DNA of 64,000 nt. Source: Granulosicoccaceae bacterium (GTDB lineage: Bacteria > Pseudomonadota > Gammaproteobacteria > Granulosicoccales > Granulosicoccaceae). The notes beneath the pieces are model-generated. The model had not been told where the DNA came from. It ran no database searches and saw only the letters and a program-made list of their open reading frames with translations. Below are positions 8,463-18,431 of the stretch, in pieces (positions within the stretch are counted from its first letter, which is position 1; the number at the start of each line of letters is the position of its first letter). The DNA lies in NCBI GenBank assembly GCA_036478595.1, contig JAZGEF010000003.1, forward strand, positions 125,043 to 189,042, read 5' to 3'. Both the position numbers and the translations under genes were made by a program.

Positions 8463-10117
8463 ATGAATACCAAAATGACTTACCGCGCCGGCACCGGCAT
8501 ATGTCGGCCAACAGCGCTTTTGATAACTGTCATCGTATTATCAAGCGTGGCACTCTTTTCCTGTAGCGGATCGTCGAACTCCGGCTCGACGCCTTTGGAC
8601 GATACAACGAATCTGCGCAATCTCACGGTATCGTTCGATACGCCGGAGCGGCTACAACTGATCGGTACCGCCCTCACCGCGACGGTCACGGCGGGCGCAT
8701 CCGAACAGCCTATGGACCCTGTAGGGATAGGCTTCGAGTCCACATTGAACCTACCTAAGGAACAGCAACTGCTGGTGTACGTTGGTGTTCGGCGCGCCGA
8801 CGATGGGTTGTTACTGGCCGCTGCCAACACCACTGCCAGACTCAGCGAAACCGACACCACCATCAGTCTCCCAGAACAACTCTTTGTCTACGACTTCGAT
8901 CTGGACGGTGACGGCATTGACAATATCATTGAGATCGAGCGCGGCAGTTCACCCACTAGCCAGAGCCTAGATTTCGATGCTGATGGCCAACCCGATGACA
9001 TTGATCAGGACGACGATAACGACGGCGTCCCCGACGCGGTAGATGCGTTCCCATTCAACAGCCTAGAGTACGAGGATACCGACGACGATGGCATCGGCAA
9101 CCAAGCCGACCATGACGACGACGACGACGGTGTGGCTGACGAACGCGATGCCTTTCCACGGGATGCCAACGAGTTCGTGGACAGCGATAACGACGGTATA
9201 GGTGACAACCAAGACACTGACGCCGACGGTAACGGCATTCAAGACGACCAAGAAGACTCCGACAATGACGGTGTGCCTGATCAGATCGATGCCTTTCCCA
9301 ACGATCGTTACGAATCAGCCGATGCCGATGGCGATGGCATTGGCGACAATCAAGACGATGACGACAACAACAATGGAGTAAAAGATTATCGAGAAGGCTC
9401 CCAGATCGTCATTCCCTATGTCGACAACGCCAGCATCGATATCGATGGCGTCTGGAACAATTACTACGACTACAACACCTCGAATTACCACGATGAATGG
9501 GGCAAGGCTACAGACAATGACTCCTACGGGAACTACCTTTCGCTGGAAAATCTGCTTATCGACAACACGGGCAGATGCGATGACGACAACTACTACTCTT
9601 GTCGCAACAACTACCTGCATTTTCAGATGTGCACGATGGTGAGTATCTTTACGCCAAGATTGCGGTCGAAGGCGAGCAGCTCGAAAACTGGTTCAATGAT
9701 TCCACAGATGCGTGGCAGGACGACTCAGTCGAGTTGTACTTCGACGTAGGTTACGATCAACTGGATGCCTATGGAGACGACGATTACCAGCGAATTTTTC
9801 GCTTTCGCGATACCGTGGATAACCCGACTGTCGACGGCTTCTACTCCGCCGCTGGCATGCAAACGGACTTTGTCACCAGCTATCGACACGAAAACGACAG
9901 CACTGATGTGTACCAGCAACTCTACGAGATACGCGTCAAGCTCTCATCGATAGGCCTTGTGCCCGGAGAAACCTTTGGCCTTGAAATAGCCGCAAACGAC
10001 GATGACGACGGTGGCGATCGAGACTACAAATGGGGCTGGTGGGCACTGCCCGGCTTTGACAATGCCTGGCAACAACCCAGCGTTTTCGGTAAGGCAAAAC
10101 TGCAACCCATAGACTGA
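8463..10117 (+). pseudogene. lipoprotein with thrombospondin type-3 (Ca-binding) repeats and a C-terminal CBM9/DOMON-like domain, split by a 1-bp frameshift near 9630
   Basis: lipobox-like ALFSC; repeated DxDxDGxxD/DAFP units; the CBM9-like domain starts in ORF 8463-9749 (IDIDGVWN) and continues in ORF 9599-10117 (HDGEYLY, WQDDSVELYFD, AWQQPSVFGKAKL); junction TTT CAG ATG TG CAC GAT lacks one base. Confidence 0.75.
8895..9385 (+). repeat. coding Asp-rich TSP3-like repeats
   Basis: three DAFP-containing units and multiple D-x-D-x-D-G-I-G-D/N-x-Q motifs. Confidence 0.8.
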
Positions 10118-10229
10118 GTGATGCGTGTGCAGACAGGATCGGCGGTTCGCAAGTTCGCCTCATATGATAGTTAATAGAGCTATCAGAATATAAAGTTTAG
10201 GGCCTGCGGAGGTTAGCAGTGTATAGAAC

Positions 10230-10475
10230 CTAGGCGGGATCAACAGGGGCGCTTAGCCGGGCGGCCTACCGTCGCCGACAAGGTCGGCGGTTCGCAGGAT
10301 CGGCTTCAATTAGAAAGCTGAAGTTTGCGCTGAGATAAAAAGTGGTGGAGCTAGGCGGGATCGAACGGGGCGGCCACCCGTCGCCTACCTGGTCGGCGGT
10401 TCGCAGGATCAGCTTCAATAAGAAAGCTGAAGTTTTCGCTGAGATAAAAAATGGTGGAGCTAGGCGGGATCGAAC
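10230..10475 (-). repeat. tRNA-linked tandem repeats (about 109-121 bp) containing copies of the tRNA-Ala 3' end
   Basis: TGGTGGAGCTAGGCGGGATCGAAC at 10343-10366 and 10452-10475 (period 109); degenerate CTAGGCGGGATCAAC at 10230; shared body GGTCGGCGGTTCGCAGGATC.GCTTCAAT.AGAAAGCTGAAGTTT.CGCTGAGATAAAAA twice. Confidence 0.9.
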
Positions 10476-10527
10476 CGCCGACCTCTTGCGTGCCACGCAA
10501 GCGCTCTCCCAGCTGAGCTATAGCCCC
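10452..10527 (-). tRNA. tRNA-Ala(GGC)
   Basis: GGGGCTATAGCTCAGCTGGGAGAGCGCTTGCGTGGCACGCAAGAGGTCGGCGGTTCGATCCCGCCTAGCTCCACCA, 76 nt, encoded CCA, G3-U70. Confidence 0.97.
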
Positions 10528-10567
10528 ACAGTTGGGAACCGAAGATTAAAACTCCGGCGCTAATCTG

Positions 10568-11977
10568 TCAAGCACCAGCGCTGCTCCATTGTGAAATAGC
10601 GCGTTCTAGCCGGGTTAAGACCTGTTCCTTGCCAATTAAGGCGAGAGTTTTATCCAGCGCTGGGGATGACGTATTGCCTGTTAAGGCCACACGCAAAGGC
10701 AGGCCTACTTTGCCAAAGCCTATATCCTGCTCAGCAACGCTTGCCTTGACGGCCTCATCAATCGCAGTATCCTTCCACTCAGACAAAGCGTTCAGCTTGT
10801 CAGCGACATGCTGCAGGATCGCCGGCGTTTCGGGTTTGATTTGTTTTTTCATCGCCTTTTCATCGTAGTGCTCAGGCGCCTGATAAAACATAGTGGCTAC
10901 TTGCGCCATCTCTACCATCGTTTTAGCCCGGTCTCGCAATAGATCAGCCACCGCACTCACTGCTGGGCCACCATCGATACTGATACCCGCACTTATTAAA
11001 TACGGTAACAAGGCATTGCCCAAGGCTGCCGCTTCACTTTCTTGAATATAATGTTGGTTAACCCAATTGAGTTTCTGATTATCAAACACCGCGCCAGAAC
11101 GATTAACAGCATCTAGCCCAAACAGTTTTATCATCTCTTCACGCGGGAAAATTTCTTGATCTTTGTGTGACCAACCCAAGCGCACTAGATAGTTGAGCAA
11201 ACCTTCAGGAAGATAACCCTCTTTCTTGTATTGCATTACACTCACAGCACCATGTCGTTTTGACATGCGTTTGCCATCCTCTCCCAATATCATAGGCAGA
11301 TGCGCGTACACCGGTAACGTTGCACCTAGGGCTGCAAGAATGTTTATTTGCCTTGGCGTGTTGTTTACATGGTCGTCACCACGTATCACGTGAGTGATTT
11401 TCATATCCATATCATCAACAACAACAGTTAGGTTGTATGTTGGCGTGCCATCGCTGCGCATGATGATCAAATCATCAAGCTCGCTATTCTCAATAACAAT
11501 TTCGCCTTTAACCGCGTCATCAATTCGCACAGCGCCATCAAGTGGGTTGCGGAAACGCACAACGGGTTCGACGCCGGCTGGCGGGCTATCGCTGCGGTCG
11601 CGCCAGTAACCGTTGTAACGCGGCTTCTCTTTGGCTTTCATTGCCGCTTCACGCATCTCATCTAGCTCGGCCGGTGTGCAATAGCAGTGATACGCGTGGC
11701 CAGATTCCATTAGCTGATTAACGACTTCGCGATAACGATCAAAACGGTGTGTTTGGAAAATTGGGCCCTCGTCGTACTCCAGCCCTAGCCATTCCATACC
11801 ATCAAGGATCGCTTGCACCGATTCATCAGTTGAGCGAGCACGGTCGGTATCTTCAATTCGTAATATAAACTCCCCACCTTGCTGCCTGGCGAACAGGTAA
11901 CAAAATAAAGCCGTACGTGCGCCACCTATGTGTAGGTAGCCGGTGGGGCTGGGGGCAAATCGGGTTCTGACAGTCAT
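10568..11977 (-). CDS. gltX: glutamate--tRNA ligase
   Basis: [37 protein letters not shown]; start moved to ATG 11977. Confidence 0.97.
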   Translation of the reverse strand: MTVRTRFAPSPTGYLHIGGARTALFCYLFARQQGGEFILRIEDTDRARSTDESVQAILDGMEWLGLEYDEGPIFQTHRFDRYREVVNQLMESGHAYHCYCTPAELDEMREAAMKAKEKPRYNGYWRDRSDSPPAGVEPVVRFRNPLDGAVRIDDAVKGEIVIENSELDDLIIMRSDGTPTYNLTVVVDDMDMKITHVIRGDDHVNNTPRQINILAALGATLPVYAHLPMILGEDGKRMSKRHGAVSVMQYKKEGYLPEGLLNYLVRLGWSHKDQEIFPREEMIKLFGLDAVNRSGAVFDNQKLNWVNQHYIQESEAAALGNALLPYLISAGISIDGGPAVSAVADLLRDRAKTMVEMAQVATMFYQAPEHYDEKAMKKQIKPETPAILQHVADKLNALSEWKDTAIDEAVKASVAEQDIGFGKVGLPLRVALTGNTSSPALDKTLALIGKEQVLTRLERAISQWSSAGA

Positions 11978-12051
11978 TACGTGGCGCATGGATAGAAGAT
12001 GGGGAATTGTAACAAAGCGCTTACGGTATACTGGGGTTATTACCAATTATC

Positions 12052-12822
12052 TTGAACCGCATGTCGGCTGTAAAGACAACAAGCGAACACGCCACCGATC
12101 GTGGCACCGAGCACTCCACCCAGTGGGATTCCACCGCGAGCTCAGTGGTTGGCCATGTGCGCAAGATCAATGAAGATGCTTATCTCGACCTTCGCGAGCA
12201 AGGCCTTTGGGTGGTTGCAGACGGCATGGGTGGGCATAGCCGAGGTGACTACGCCAGCCAGACCATCATCGAACACCTGATCAGTTTTACCTGCGCAGAC
12301 AATAGTGAAGCCAGCCTTAGTTTACTTCGCGAGCGCTTACATGCAGCCAATCATCATTGCCGTGAACAAGCCAACGGCCAAATGATGGGCAGCACGGTTG
12401 CCGTGCTTTTTTTCCAAGGCGAGCACGGTTATATTTTGTGGGCCGGCGACAGCCGTATTTATCGCCTGCGGGATGGCGAATCTACTCAAATAACCGACGA
12501 CCACAGCTTGGTACAAGAGCTATACCGGCTTGGCGAGCTCACCGCCGAAGAAGCCGAAACACACCCATCAGGCAATGTAATCACACGGGCTGTAGGTGTC
12601 GCGGACGAGCTCGACCTACAAATTCGACAGCTCACTTTGCAGGCAGGTGATCGTTTTTTAATTTGTAGTGATGGTTTGTTTAAAGATGTGAACCCCAAAG
12701 AATTGTTCGTTAATTTTGAACTGCCCACTGCGCAACATGCACTGGATGAGATGGTTGACTTTGCACTGAAGCGCGGTGGTGGTGACAACATTACTGGGAT
12801 TGTTGTTCAGATTGCTGCTTGA
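12052..12822 (+). CDS. PP2C-family Ser/Thr protein phosphatase
   Basis: RKINED, VADGMGGH, GDSR, CSDGL, GGGDNIT; start may be 12061. Confidence 0.92.
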   Translation: MNRMSAVKTTSEHATDRGTEHSTQWDSTASSVVGHVRKINEDAYLDLREQGLWVVADGMGGHSRGDYASQTIIEHLISFTCADNSEASLSLLRERLHAANHHCREQANGQMMGSTVAVLFFQGEHGYILWAGDSRIYRLRDGESTQITDDHSLVQELYRLGELTAEEAETHPSGNVITRAVGVADELDLQIRQLTLQAGDRFLICSDGLFKDVNPKELFVNFELPTAQHALDEMVDFALKRGGGDNITGIVVQIAA

Positions 12823-12824
12823 TT

Positions 12825-12902
12825 GTCTTCCCCGCGAAAGCGCACTAGTGCTCGGGATAAATACTGGCACGAACAATGGATTTTCGCCTTCGCGGGAATG
12901 AC
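12825..12902. repeat. degenerate inverted REP-like doublet between convergent genes
   Basis: GTCTTCCCCGCGAAAGCG ... TGGATTTTCGCCTTCGCGGGAATGAC; the arms are near reverse complements. Confidence 0.6.
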
Positions 12903-12928
12903 ACAACTACTTTGCGTGAACATCCGCT

Positions 12929-15535
12929 CTAATGCACCACACCACTCAACTGCTCTTCCTTACTAAACGTCAGCGCCTCACCATCAACACCAATGTAAAT
13001 CGTATCGCCGGCTTCAAACTTTCCCGCTAAAATATGCTGCGCCAGCTCGTTTTCGACTTGCTGTTGAATCGCACGCTTTAACGGGCGTGCACCATATACC
13101 GGATCAAAACCAGCTTCGCCAATACGGTCAAGCGCTTCATCACTCACTTGCAACGTTAGCTCGCGGCTCGTTAGCCGTTTTGCCAATTGCTTGATTTGAA
13201 TTCCACATATCATGCGAATGTTTTCAGCAGATAAAGGTTTGAACACAACTGTTTCATCTATGCGGTTAATAAACTCAGGCCTGAAATGCTGCCCAACTAT
13301 ATCCATAACAGCCGTTTTCATTGCGTCGTAGTTTTCACCACCGGCAAGTTCTTGTATTACGTGGCTACCTAGATTTGATGTCATCACAATTACCGTGTTA
13401 CGAAAATCTACCGTGCGGCCCTGACCGTCAGTTAAGCGACCATCATCAAGCACTTGCAATAAAATATTGAATACATCGGCATGCGCTTTCTCAACCTCAT
13501 CCAGCAAAATAACTGAATAAGGTTTGCGTCGAATGGCCTCAGTTAAATAACCGCCTTCCTCGTAACCCACATAGCCTGGAGGCGCGCCGATTAGTCGGGC
13601 AACAGAGTGTTTCTCCATAAACTCCGACATATCAATACGTACTAATGCTTCTTTACTATCAAACAGAAAAGACGCCAGCGTTTTGGTTAGCTCGGTTTTA
13701 CCCACACCCGTTGGCCCAAGAAACAAGAAGGAGCCAATTGGCCGGTTTGGATCACCCAAGCCTGCACGCGAACGCCTGATGGCGTCAGCTACTGCCTCCA
13801 GTGCTTCACCCTGCCCAACCACTTGCTTGGCAAGCTCATCTTCCATGCGTAAAAGTTTCTCTCTTTCACCTTCGAGCATTTTGGTCACGGGGATACCCGT
13901 CCATTTGGATACTACTTCTGCGATTTCATCGCTGGTGACTTTATTACGCAGTAGCTGCATGTCCTCTTCGTCTGCATCGTCAAGTGCTACGGCAAGCTTT
14001 TTTTCAAGCTCAGGGATACTGCCGTACTGCAGCTCAGACATTTTAGTAAGATCACCAATTCGCCGCGCAGCTTCTAGTTCAAGCCGTAGTTTTTCCAACG
14101 CTTCCTTAATGGTGTTGGCACTTTGCAGCTTGGCTTTCTCGGCATTCCAGATCTCTTCAAGATCCGCAAACTCTTTTTCAAGTGCCTGTATTCGTCCATC
14201 AAGATCAGCCAGGCGACGTTTGGATGCATCATCAGTTTCTTTAGCTAGGGCTTCGCGTTCAATCTTCAGCCCGATCAATCTGCGCTCGAGCTTGTCTAGC
14301 TCTTCTGGTTTGGAATCAATCTCCATACGGATATGCGAAGCCGCTTCATCGATTAAATCAATAGCCTTGTCGGGCAGTTGACGGTCACTGATGTAACGAT
14401 CCGACAACGTAGCGGCAGCCACAATTGCTGGATCAGTAATCTCTACACCGTGGTGTACTTCGTACCGTTCTTTTAACCCACGCAGTATCGCAATCGTGTA
14501 TTCAACGTTTGGCTCATCGACAATGATCTTCTGGAAGCGCCGCTCAAGCGCTGCATCCTTTTCAACGTACTGGCGATATTCATCCAGCGTAGTGGCACCA
14601 ATGCAATGCAATTCGCCACGGGCCAGTGCTGGTTTAAGCATGTTGCCGGCATCCATTGCACCTTCTGCCCCACCGGCTCCCACCATTGTATGAATTTCAT
14701 CTATGAAAAGAATGATCTGTCCATCTTGCTTGGCGAGGTCACTTAAAACGGCTTTAAGCCGTTCTTCAAATTCACCACGAAATTTTGCACCCGCAATCAA
14801 GGCACCCATATCCAGAGACAGCACGCGTTTATTTTTTATTCCATCAGGCACCTGCCCATCAACGATACGTTGCGCAAGGCCTTCAACAATGGCGGTTTTA
14901 CCTACACCGGGCTCACCTATAATGACGGGGTTGTTTTTTGTCCTGCGTTGTAGCACCTGGATAGCGCGACGAATTTCATCGTGCCGCCCGATAACCGGGT
15001 CGATCTTGCCCTGCTCGGCCCGCTCGGTAAGATCAATCGTGTACTTATCCAGTGCCTGACGCTGCTCTTCGGCATTTTGATCCTGGACTGGCTCACTACC
15101 ATGCACATCTTCGATTGTTTTTTCGATGGCTTGTTTATTGGCGCCAGATTGCGCTAACGCTCGGCCCAGTTGATTGTTTTTTTCTTCCAAGGCGGCCAGC
15201 ACCAAAAGCTCGGTGGATATAAATTGATCGCCTCGCTTTTGTGAGAGCTTGTCGCTTAGGTTTAATAAACGATTGAGTTCGTTTGATACATGCAGCTGAC
15301 CACCTCCACCCTGCACTTTAGCGATACCATCTAACTGCTTATTCAAAGCAGCAGTCAAACCATTAACATTAACCCCAGCTTGCACCAACACTGGCTTAAC
15401 ACCACCGCCGTCTTGGCTCAGCATGGCCAACATCAAATGAGCAGGCTCAATAAATTGATGATCCAAGCCTAAGGCCATGGACTGCGCTTCTTGAAGCGCC
15501 AATTGAAATTTGCTTGTTAGTTTGTCCATTCGCAT
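12929..15535 (-). CDS. clpB: ATP-dependent chaperone ClpB
   Basis: two AAA+ modules ([16 protein letters not shown]), coiled-coil M domain, [25 protein letters not shown]; RBS GGAGG. Confidence 0.97.
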   Translation of the reverse strand: MRMDKLTSKFQLALQEAQSMALGLDHQFIEPAHLMLAMLSQDGGGVKPVLVQAGVNVNGLTAALNKQLDGIAKVQGGGGQLHVSNELNRLLNLSDKLSQKRGDQFISTELLVLAALEEKNNQLGRALAQSGANKQAIEKTIEDVHGSEPVQDQNAEEQRQALDKYTIDLTERAEQGKIDPVIGRHDEIRRAIQVLQRRTKNNPVIIGEPGVGKTAIVEGLAQRIVDGQVPDGIKNKRVLSLDMGALIAGAKFRGEFEERLKAVLSDLAKQDGQIILFIDEIHTMVGAGGAEGAMDAGNMLKPALARGELHCIGATTLDEYRQYVEKDAALERRFQKIIVDEPNVEYTIAILRGLKERYEVHHGVEITDPAIVAAATLSDRYISDRQLPDKAIDLIDEAASHIRMEIDSKPEELDKLERRLIGLKIEREALAKETDDASKRRLADLDGRIQALEKEFADLEEIWNAEKAKLQSANTIKEALEKLRLELEAARRIGDLTKMSELQYGSIPELEKKLAVALDDADEEDMQLLRNKVTSDEIAEVVSKWTGIPVTKMLEGEREKLLRMEDELAKQVVGQGEALEAVADAIRRSRAGLGDPNRPIGSFLFLGPTGVGKTELTKTLASFLFDSKEALVRIDMSEFMEKHSVARLIGAPPGYVGYEEGGYLTEAIRRKPYSVILLDEVEKAHADVFNILLQVLDDGRLTDGQGRTVDFRNTVIVMTSNLGSHVIQELAGGENYDAMKTAVMDIVGQHFRPEFINRIDETVVFKPLSAENIRMICGIQIKQLAKRLTSRELTLQVSDEALDRIGEAGFDPVYGARPLKRAIQQQVENELAQHILAGKFEAGDTIYIGVDGEALTFSKEEQLSGVVH

Positions 15536-15586
15536 GCTGATGGCCTCCGCAGAGCGTTAAGTTTTGATGAACCTTCAATGTCATTA

Positions 15587-15614
15587 TGATGGAGTGTTTC
15601 AGGCTTAATTCAAG
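15587..15614 (-). promoter_or_regulatory. sigma32 promoter of clpB
   Basis: CTTGAA-N14-CTCCATCA on the minus strand, overlapping the pgeF stop codon. Confidence 0.8.
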
Positions 15615-16386
15615 CAAGCCAGGCAAGCGTCGCCATCCGTCCGCTGCGCACACCGTCGCGCCGGTGGGAAAAAAATAACGATGGCTCACTAACCGTACAA
15701 TGATCGCCACCTGTCACCGTGATGTCGCCAATACTCGCCAATTCGTTACGGGCAAGTTGATAGATGTCAGCAAAATACTTTCCGCTGGCAGCCCCATCAA
15801 CAAAAGCGGCGCGATTACTAGGCTGGCGACTAACAAACGCCTGCAACACATCTTCTCCCACTTCAAACGCAGTTGGCCCAATGGCTGGTCCGAGCCAGGC
15901 ATGCAGCTTGTCATCAGGGGCAAACAGCTTACAAGTGGCTTTGAGAACACCGTCCGCAAGCCCACGCCAGCCAGCATGAGCCACTGCAACGGCAGTCTCT
16001 TGTTCATTGGCAATCACTACCGGCAGGCAATCGGCTGTCATCACCGCAACAACAGCGCCCGGCGTGTTAGTCCAGCCGGCATCTGCTTTATCAGTGTCGT
16101 TAAATTGCGAGCCTGCAGATTGATCAGCACTCAATCGGCATACATTAATGCCATGAACTTGATTCAACCACCGCGGCGCGGTTGGCAACTGAAGCTGCTC
16201 GCTAAGCCATGCTCTGTTGTCACGCACGGTGGCCTCATCGTCGCCGACATGCAAACCCAAATTAAGCGAATCGTATGGTAACGAGCTAGTTCCACCACTG
16301 CGTGTACTTGAGGCAACATGCACCCGAGCACTCAAAGCCCAATCAGGCGCGATCACTATCGGAGCACTGGCATCACTCATACTCAC
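15610..16386 (-). CDS. pgeF: PgeF/YfiH purine nucleoside phosphorylase (laccase-domain protein)
   Basis: SLNLGLHVGD, WLNQVHG, MTADCLPV, HAGWRG, FFSHRR. Confidence 0.93.
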   Translation of the reverse strand: MSMSDASAPIVIAPDWALSARVHVASSTRSGGTSSLPYDSLNLGLHVGDDEATVRDNRAWLSEQLQLPTAPRWLNQVHGINVCRLSADQSAGSQFNDTDKADAGWTNTPGAVVAVMTADCLPVVIANEQETAVAVAHAGWRGLADGVLKATCKLFAPDDKLHAWLGPAIGPTAFEVGEDVLQAFVSRQPSNRAAFVDGAASGKYFADIYQLARNELASIGDITVTGGDHCTVSEPSLFFSHRRDGVRSGRMATLAWLA

Positions 16387-17416
16387 CTGTGTTTAGTGGC
16401 GGAAGATTATCGATAAGTTGTTGCATATCATCAGGCGGCGACTGCTCGAACGAACACAGCTCCCCGGATGCAGGATGCGACAATTGTAAATGCCGGGCGT
16501 GTAACGCTTGACGATTCCATTGTGGCATCTCGCTATGCAACCATGCATTGATCTTTATCAAAGGCCCTTTTTTTTTGTAGACATGATCGCCCAATAGCGG
16601 ATGACCTATATGTGTCATATGTACGCGTATCTGATGAGTGCGGCCAGTGGCCAAGTCAACCGACAACACGGCACCCCCTTCAAAACGACTATCAACTGTG
16701 TAGTAAGTTAGAGCGTGCTTGCCTGCAGGGCGTACCGCCATACGTTTTCGATCAACCGGATGTCGAGCGATAGGCTCTTCAACTTCGCCTTCGTCTTGTG
16801 GTTGCCCAGCAACAACCGCCAAATACTGACGTCCCATTTTGCGGCTTTGTAGCTGTTGCACAAAACTCAAATGCGCTTTTAGGGTGCGCGCAACAACACA
16901 CACTCCACTTGTGCCCTTATCGAGTCGATGCACGATGCCCGCACGCGGGATGCAGCGCAGCGCAGGATCAAAGTGCAGCAAGCCATTCATGAGTGTTCCG
17001 TTGCGATTACCTGGTGCTGGGTGCATGACCAGCCCAGCCGGTTTATTAATCACGTAAAAATGCGGATCGCTGTGGACTATTTCTAGCGGTACGGCTTCTG
17101 CGCGAATATTGGCAGCGTCGTCTATCGGCCCGTTTGAGGCTAGATCGTCTAGCTGATCCTCCGGCAAAGCCAGTTTAAGCTGCTCACCGCCGATTAATTT
17201 GTCCTTGGAGCGGCGCTTATCACCGTTGACAGTCAAAAATCCGGATGTGATCCATTGTTGCAGGCGGCTTCGTGAATAGTCGGGAAACATCCCCGCTACC
17301 ACGCTGTCCAGACGCTGGCCGGCGGCTGAGGCAGGCGCTACGACAGAGAAACCGTGAGATTCTCGACTCCTATCACCGGTGGACCCGGCATTTGATGGTG
17401 GTTGATCTTCGTGCAT
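16373..17416 (-). CDS. rluD: 23S rRNA pseudouridine(1911/1915/1917) synthase RluD
   Basis: S4 domain (RLD..A......SRSRLQQWI), HRLDKGTSG, TGRTHQIRVH, RQALHA; start uncertain, ATG 17416 chosen. Confidence 0.93.
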   Translation of the reverse strand: MHEDQPPSNAGSTGDRSRESHGFSVVAPASAAGQRLDSVVAGMFPDYSRSRLQQWITSGFLTVNGDKRRSKDKLIGGEQLKLALPEDQLDDLASNGPIDDAANIRAEAVPLEIVHSDPHFYVINKPAGLVMHPAPGNRNGTLMNGLLHFDPALRCIPRAGIVHRLDKGTSGVCVVARTLKAHLSFVQQLQSRKMGRQYLAVVAGQPQDEGEVEEPIARHPVDRKRMAVRPAGKHALTYYTVDSRFEGGAVLSVDLATGRTHQIRVHMTHIGHPLLGDHVYKKKGPLIKINAWLHSEMPQWNRQALHARHLQLSHPASGELCSFEQSPPDDMQQLIDNLPPLNTGEYE

Positions 17417-17502
17417 GGCTGCTGTTATACCTGAAAATGACGCTCTGGTAGGTTCTAATAAGCCGCAACAATGCTTGCGCTTATATTCGCTATACTTTGG
17501 CA

Positions 17503-18270
17503 ATGAAATTAAATATTCAAATTGTCGCGATCGCTAGCGCGATTAGCCTGGCCTCTGTTCTCTCCTCTTGTGCCAACCTTGACCAGCCAATCACTGAGAC
17601 CACCAGCGCAGAGGATCTTTATCGCAGAGCTAAGGTCTCGTTGAAGCAAGGCGATTTCCTGACCGCGGTGAGCACGTTTGAGTTGCTGGGTGCCCGCTAC
17701 CCGTTTGGCAATTATACGCAGCAAGCGCAACTGGACATCTCCTATGCGTATCTAAAGCAAGATGAATACGATAATGCAATCGCCTCGGCAGACCGATTTA
17801 TCAAGTTATACCCACGTAGCGAACAAATCGACTATGCCTACTACATTAAAGGCTTAGCTAATTATTCGCGCGGCGGATCCGCGATGGAGCGTATTTTCCC
17901 CCGCGATATAGCCAAGGTTAATCAAAACTGGCCTCGTTCAGCCTACGCTGATTTTGATTCTCTGATACGTCGCTTTCCCAACAGCCAATACGCGCCAGAC
18001 GCTCTAGAACGTATGGCGTATCTACGTGACAAAATGGCGGAACACGAACTGATCACCGCTCGCTTTTACTACAGTCGTGCCGCAATGGTTGCATCAATCA
18101 ATCGAGTGACTTATCTGCTTGAGCACTTTGATGGGTCACAGCATGTGCCAGATGCACTAGCGCTGATGGCAAGGGCTTATGAATCCTTAGGCCAAGATGA
18201 CCTTCAGGCAGACACATTACGCGTTTTAGCCGCGACTGATCCTGAGCACCCGTCTGCTACAGCAAACTAA
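17503..18270 (+). CDS. bamD: outer membrane protein assembly factor BamD
   Basis: lipobox LSSC, TPRs, YPFG.Y..QAQL, YAYYIKGL; divergent from rluD as is typical. Confidence 0.92.
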   Translation: MKLNIQIVAIASAISLASVLSSCANLDQPITETTSAEDLYRRAKVSLKQGDFLTAVSTFELLGARYPFGNYTQQAQLDISYAYLKQDEYDNAIASADRFIKLYPRSEQIDYAYYIKGLANYSRGGSAMERIFPRDIAKVNQNWPRSAYADFDSLIRRFPNSQYAPDALERMAYLRDKMAEHELITARFYYSRAAMVASINRVTYLLEHFDGSQHVPDALALMARAYESLGQDDLQADTLRVLAATDPEHPSATAN

Positions 18271-18431
18271 ATTCCCCCGATAACTAATGTGACTCACTTC
18301 ACATTGCAGATATTGCTAGTCCCAGCTTTGGCAATACCGGTGGGTGCTGGGTACTACGCAAGCGTGAGCGCACAATATTCGGTCTGAATATTGCTGCAGG
18401 GCTAGACTCTCTGCCATTGGCCATGGCCTAA

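Noticed and set aside
1651-10451. Intact integrative element or prophage at tRNA-Ala
   Set aside because: No integrase, transposase or phage gene, and no distal att copy was seen; only the position and compositional hints remain.
10230-10475. tRNA trailer repeats as a CRISPR array or extra tRNA genes
   Set aside because: The inter-repeat DNA is itself repeated rather than unique, and the copies lack a D-arm, anticodon arm and T-stem.
13683-14381. 232-aa ORF antisense to clpB (and similar shadow ORFs on pgeF, secA and the dcw genes)
   Set aside because: No recognisable motifs; typical open antisense frames of conserved genes.
12052-15535. PP2C plus Clp ATPase as a type VI secretion locus (PppA/ClpV)
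   Set aside because: The ATPase has the ClpB M-domain and a sigma32 promoter and sits in the standard rluD-pgeF-clpB context; no tss genes are present.
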